The translations under genes and the position numbers were made by a program. A stretch of 64,000 nt of DNA from Clostridiales bacterium UBA1758 (GTDB taxonomy: Bacteria; Bacillota; Clostridia; Oscillospirales; UBA1758), in NCBI GenBank assembly GCA_002315595.1, contig DCHG01000062.1, forward strand, positions 4,076-68,075. Direction: 5' to 3'. Shown piece by piece: positions 61,485-64,000 of the stretch. The notes beneath the pieces were generated by a model. The model searched no databases and was not told where the DNA came from. It was given only the letters and a program-made list of their open reading frames with translations. Position 1 is the stretch's first letter; each line of letters begins with the position of its first letter.

Positions 61485-62492
61485 TTACTTGCACCATTCG
61501 CTCCGTTGCCATCTCCACGAGTCACGGCACATATCTTCAAGTGAATGTTCAGCCCGCCAACCGAGGATCTTTTCCGCCTTTTCGGTGCTTGCAAAACTCA
61601 CCGCAATGTCACCGGCGCGTCGTCCCACCACGCGGTACGGGATCTTCACACCATTGGCGGTTTCAAACGCGTGAATTAAATCAAACACGCTATATCCAAC
61701 GCCGGTGCCGAGGTTGAATATCTCGCATCCTTTGTTGTTTTTCGAGTAGTTCAATGCCGCCAAATGTCCCTTTGCCAAATCAACGACATGAATATAATCA
61801 CGCACACCCGTGCCATCCGGCGTAGGATAATCGTCGCCGAAAACGCTGAGATTCTGACGAACGCCCGCCGCAACCTGCGTAATGTACGGCATTAGATTGT
61901 TCGGGATACCATTCGGTTTCTCGCCGATCATGCCGGATTCATGCGCACCGATCGGGTTAAAGTAGCGAAGCAGCACAACGCTCAACTTCTTGTCCGCTTT
62001 TGCGGCGTCCGCAAATATCTGTTCGTTCATATATTTTGTCCAACCGTAGGGGTTGGTGCAGCCGTTGCTTTTTTCTTCTTCGGTGGATGGAATCGTATCC
62101 GACATCGCATAGACCGTTGCCGAGGAACTGAACACAATTCTCTTGCAATGGAATTCTTCCATCACTTCAAGCAGAGCAAGCGTCGTTTCGAGATTATTAC
62201 GGTAATACATGATCGGCTTTTCGACCGACTCACCGACCGCCTTATATCCCGCAAAGTGAATGACGGCTTCGATGGAATTTTCGCCGAAAATCCTTCTCAA
62301 TTCATTCTTGTCGGTGACATCGGCTTCGTAGAATTTCGCCTTCTTCCCGGTGATCTTTTCAATGCGATCAACAACGGAAATATCACTGTTGTACAAATTG
62401 TCAACAATCACCGTATCCATACCCGCGTTCAAAAGTTCGACCGCAGTATGTGACCCGATAAAGCCGGTTGCTCCCGTAAGTAAAATGCTCAT
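61485..62492 (-). CDS. galE: UDP-glucose 4-epimerase
   Basis: MSILLTGATGFIGSH...YGWTKYMNEQ (YxxxK)...NLGTGVGYSV. ATG at 62492 is preceded by GGAG. Confidence 0.92.
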   Translation of the reverse strand: MSILLTGATGFIGSHTAVELLNAGMDTVIVDNLYNSDISVVDRIEKITGKKAKFYEADVTDKNELRRIFGENSIEAVIHFAGYKAVGESVEKPIMYYRNNLETTLALLEVMEEFHCKRIVFSSSATVYAMSDTIPSTEEEKSNGCTNPYGWTKYMNEQIFADAAKADKKLSVVLLRYFNPIGAHESGMIGEKPNGIPNNLMPYITQVAAGVRQNLSVFGDDYPTPDGTGVRDYIHVVDLAKGHLAALNYSKNNKGCEIFNLGTGVGYSVFDLIHAFETANGVKIPYRVVGRRAGDIAVSFASTEKAEKILGWRAEHSLEDMCRDSWRWQRSEWCK

Positions 62493-62692
62493 TTCAATCT
62501 CCGAATAAATAAAAATGATGAACGACGCCGTCATGTCGCCGACGCAAATTTGTCGGTTTTTTCAATAAATAACCATGTAATTTCATATATTATACGTTTT
62601 ATTGACCGGAAAGTCAAGAAAATGCAGAAGGATTGAGTTAATCACCTATCGTGAGAAATAATTATGAATTGGAAAGTCTGCAAAAACCAAAT

Positions 62693-63763
62693 TTATCTGA
62701 TTGTGTTTTTTGTTGTTTTTTCTTTTGTAAACAATAATCTATTATGAATTTTCCTTACTGTTTCAATAATTCCATAATTTTTTAAATATGAAATTACTAG
62801 GAAACTGTGCAGAACTAGTCCTGAATATATTTTTGTTGGATGATATCTACCCATCCAATACTCATAGTTTTGCTCTATTGGAAATTCTTTCTTACTTTTT
62901 TCAAATATTCTGTTGTATTTTTTTTGCAACTTCTTCACAGTTTTTGAATCATTTAATTCGATTTTGCATTTTTCTTGATGTTTAATAATCACACGCAACA
63001 ACCATTTTTTAGCCTCAAGCGATGCTTCCATCTCACCTTCATTGCTTAAATAATTTAATGCGTCTTCCGCACCGTCAACCTCATCCAATTTTTTTTTGGT
63101 ATATTTCCCACGCGTAATGCTACTCGAACTTAAATAGTAAAAATAACCATCATAGTCAACTTTTAAAATTCTTTTTGCTGAATGAATTAATTGGGGTGTT
63201 ATAAATAAATCCTCATTCAATCTCCCTACTGGAAATCGAAGACATCTATACAGTTCTTTGTTAATTAATTTGCCCCACGCCGGCATATAAATTTTACCGC
63301 AGTCATTTTTAAAAATTCTAATACACGCGTTGCTACGAGATTCGATATACATACCGCGGTTTTGGACAACATGATTTGTAGTATCATCAGTTACAATATG
63401 ATCACATATAATCAAATCAGATGAATAACTGATCCCAGTTGTATATAAAGTTTCTAAATACCGAATATGAATCCAGTCATCGCTATCAATGAAAGTTACC
63501 CATCCGCTGTCGCTGCACGCAAAGGCATAATCGATTCCGTTGTTTCGTGCCGCAGAAAGACCGGCATTGGGCTGATGGATCACGCGGACACGCTCATCCT
63601 GCAAAAGGTACGCGTCACAAATTTCACTGCACCCGTCCGCCGAGCCGTCATCGACGAGGATAAGTTCAAAATCAGTATAGGTTTGTGAAAGAATGCTGTC
63701 CACGCAACGACGAAGATATGGCTCAACTTTGTAAACGGGGACGATAACGGAAATTGTGGGCAT
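62693..63763 (-). CDS. Glycosyltransferase family 2
   Basis: ISVIVPVYKVEPYLRRCVDSILSQTYTDFELILVDDGSADGCSEICD. The ATG lies directly after the upstream stop. Confidence 0.88.
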   Translation of the reverse strand: MPTISVIVPVYKVEPYLRRCVDSILSQTYTDFELILVDDGSADGCSEICDAYLLQDERVRVIHQPNAGLSAARNNGIDYAFACSDSGWVTFIDSDDWIHIRYLETLYTTGISYSSDLIICDHIVTDDTTNHVVQNRGMYIESRSNACIRIFKNDCGKIYMPAWGKLINKELYRCLRFPVGRLNEDLFITPQLIHSAKRILKVDYDGYFYYLSSSSITRGKYTKKKLDEVDGAEDALNYLSNEGEMEASLEAKKWLLRVIIKHQEKCKIELNDSKTVKKLQKKYNRIFEKSKKEFPIEQNYEYWMGRYHPTKIYSGLVLHSFLVISYLKNYGIIETVRKIHNRLLFTKEKTTKNTIR

Positions 63764-64000
63764 TCAAATCACCCTCCACTCCTTTGGTATCAGCGCGTCC
63801 AGTGTAAGTTCATTGTGTCTTTTATCGCAAAACCATTTTGAAGTGACTATCACTTCTTTGTTTTTTGACGCAGTCGAAAGATAAGCCGCCCACCAACTGA
63901 ATGTGGAATTTGGTATTATAAAATGTTTACAGTGTTTCATCAATTCAAGGTCTTCATACATCGATTCACTATTTTCTTTGTCAATATAAACACAATGTTT
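63764..64000 (-). CDS. Glycosyltransferase family 11 (alpha-1,2-fucosyltransferase), C-terminal 78 aa; the rest lies outside the window
   Basis: HFIIPNSTFSWWAAYL is the hallmark C-terminal GT11 motif. The ORF stays open to base 64000. Confidence 0.8.
   Translation of the reverse strand, partial: KHCVYIDKENSESMYEDLELMKHCKHFIIPNSTFSWWAAYLSTASKNKEVIVTSKWFCDKRHNELTLDALIPKEWRVI

Noticed and set aside
60739-61674. 311-aa plus-strand ORF
   Set aside because: It is antisense to the NTP_transf_5-like gene and the 3' end of galE. The translation is His/Arg-rich low-complexity, and the ORF crosses a predicted terminator.
62538-62562. Plus-strand hairpin followed by T6 between a GT2 gene and galE
   Set aside because: The stem is only 5-6 bp with an 8-nt loop. 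It is oriented for the plus strand, where no gene is transcribed. That is too weak to call a terminator or antisense element.
43145-64000. Possibility that the AT-rich region is a prophage, ICE or transposon-borne island
   Set aside because: No integrase, recombinase, transposase, phage structural gene or terminal direct or inverted repeat was seen within the window. The only repeat (56832/58005) is internal to glycosyltransferase genes. Horizontal origin is still likely, but the mobility mechanism is not visible here.
1-64000. CRISPR arrays, rRNA genes, toxin-antitoxin pairs and recognisable defence systems
   Set aside because: I scanned for regularly spaced short repeats, rRNA-like conserved blocks, small overlapping two-gene modules and nuclease/ATPase/methylase motif combinations. 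I found none I could support.

Overview
The window has two parts. Bases 1 to ~43.1 kb are GC-rich core chromosome of an endospore-forming Clostridia-type Firmicute (individual 60-nt lines hand-count at ~55-67% GC). This part carries a yabO-yabP-yabQ-divIC-yabR cluster with mazG, HU and a SpoVB-like flippase. It also carries the spoIIAA-spoIIAB-sigF operon, recJ-relA-dtd-hemZ, a valine T-box followed by valS-folC, tRNA-Arg(ACG), and a symporter-iorAB-paaK-ACT aromatic 2-oxoacid operon. From ~43.1 kb to the window end the sequence becomes a compositionally mosaic, mostly AT-rich surface-glycan locus (lines hand-count at ~25-30% GC) that continues past 64 kb. The locus is Wzx/Wzy-type and contains eight or more glycosyltransferases, an acetyltransferase, glf, galE and a Bacteroides-style bifunctional fucokinase/GDP-fucose pyrophosphorylase (fkp). 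It also has a GT11 alpha-1,2-fucosyltransferase fragment and three proteins I cannot place. The most notable items in the locus are: a 419-aa orphan with a PI4K-type-II-like kinase catalytic loop; a G10 homopolymer at the translation start of one operon; a 66-bp duplication of a GT2 gene's ribosome-binding site plus first 15 codons in front of another gene; and an abrupt composition switch inside a GT2 gene. In the core part, a 1077-aa PurL-like protein lacks the glutaminase cysteine and sits outside any pur operon. I saw no CRISPR array, rRNA gene, integrase or transposase. All functional calls rest on remembered family motifs. No database search was possible.
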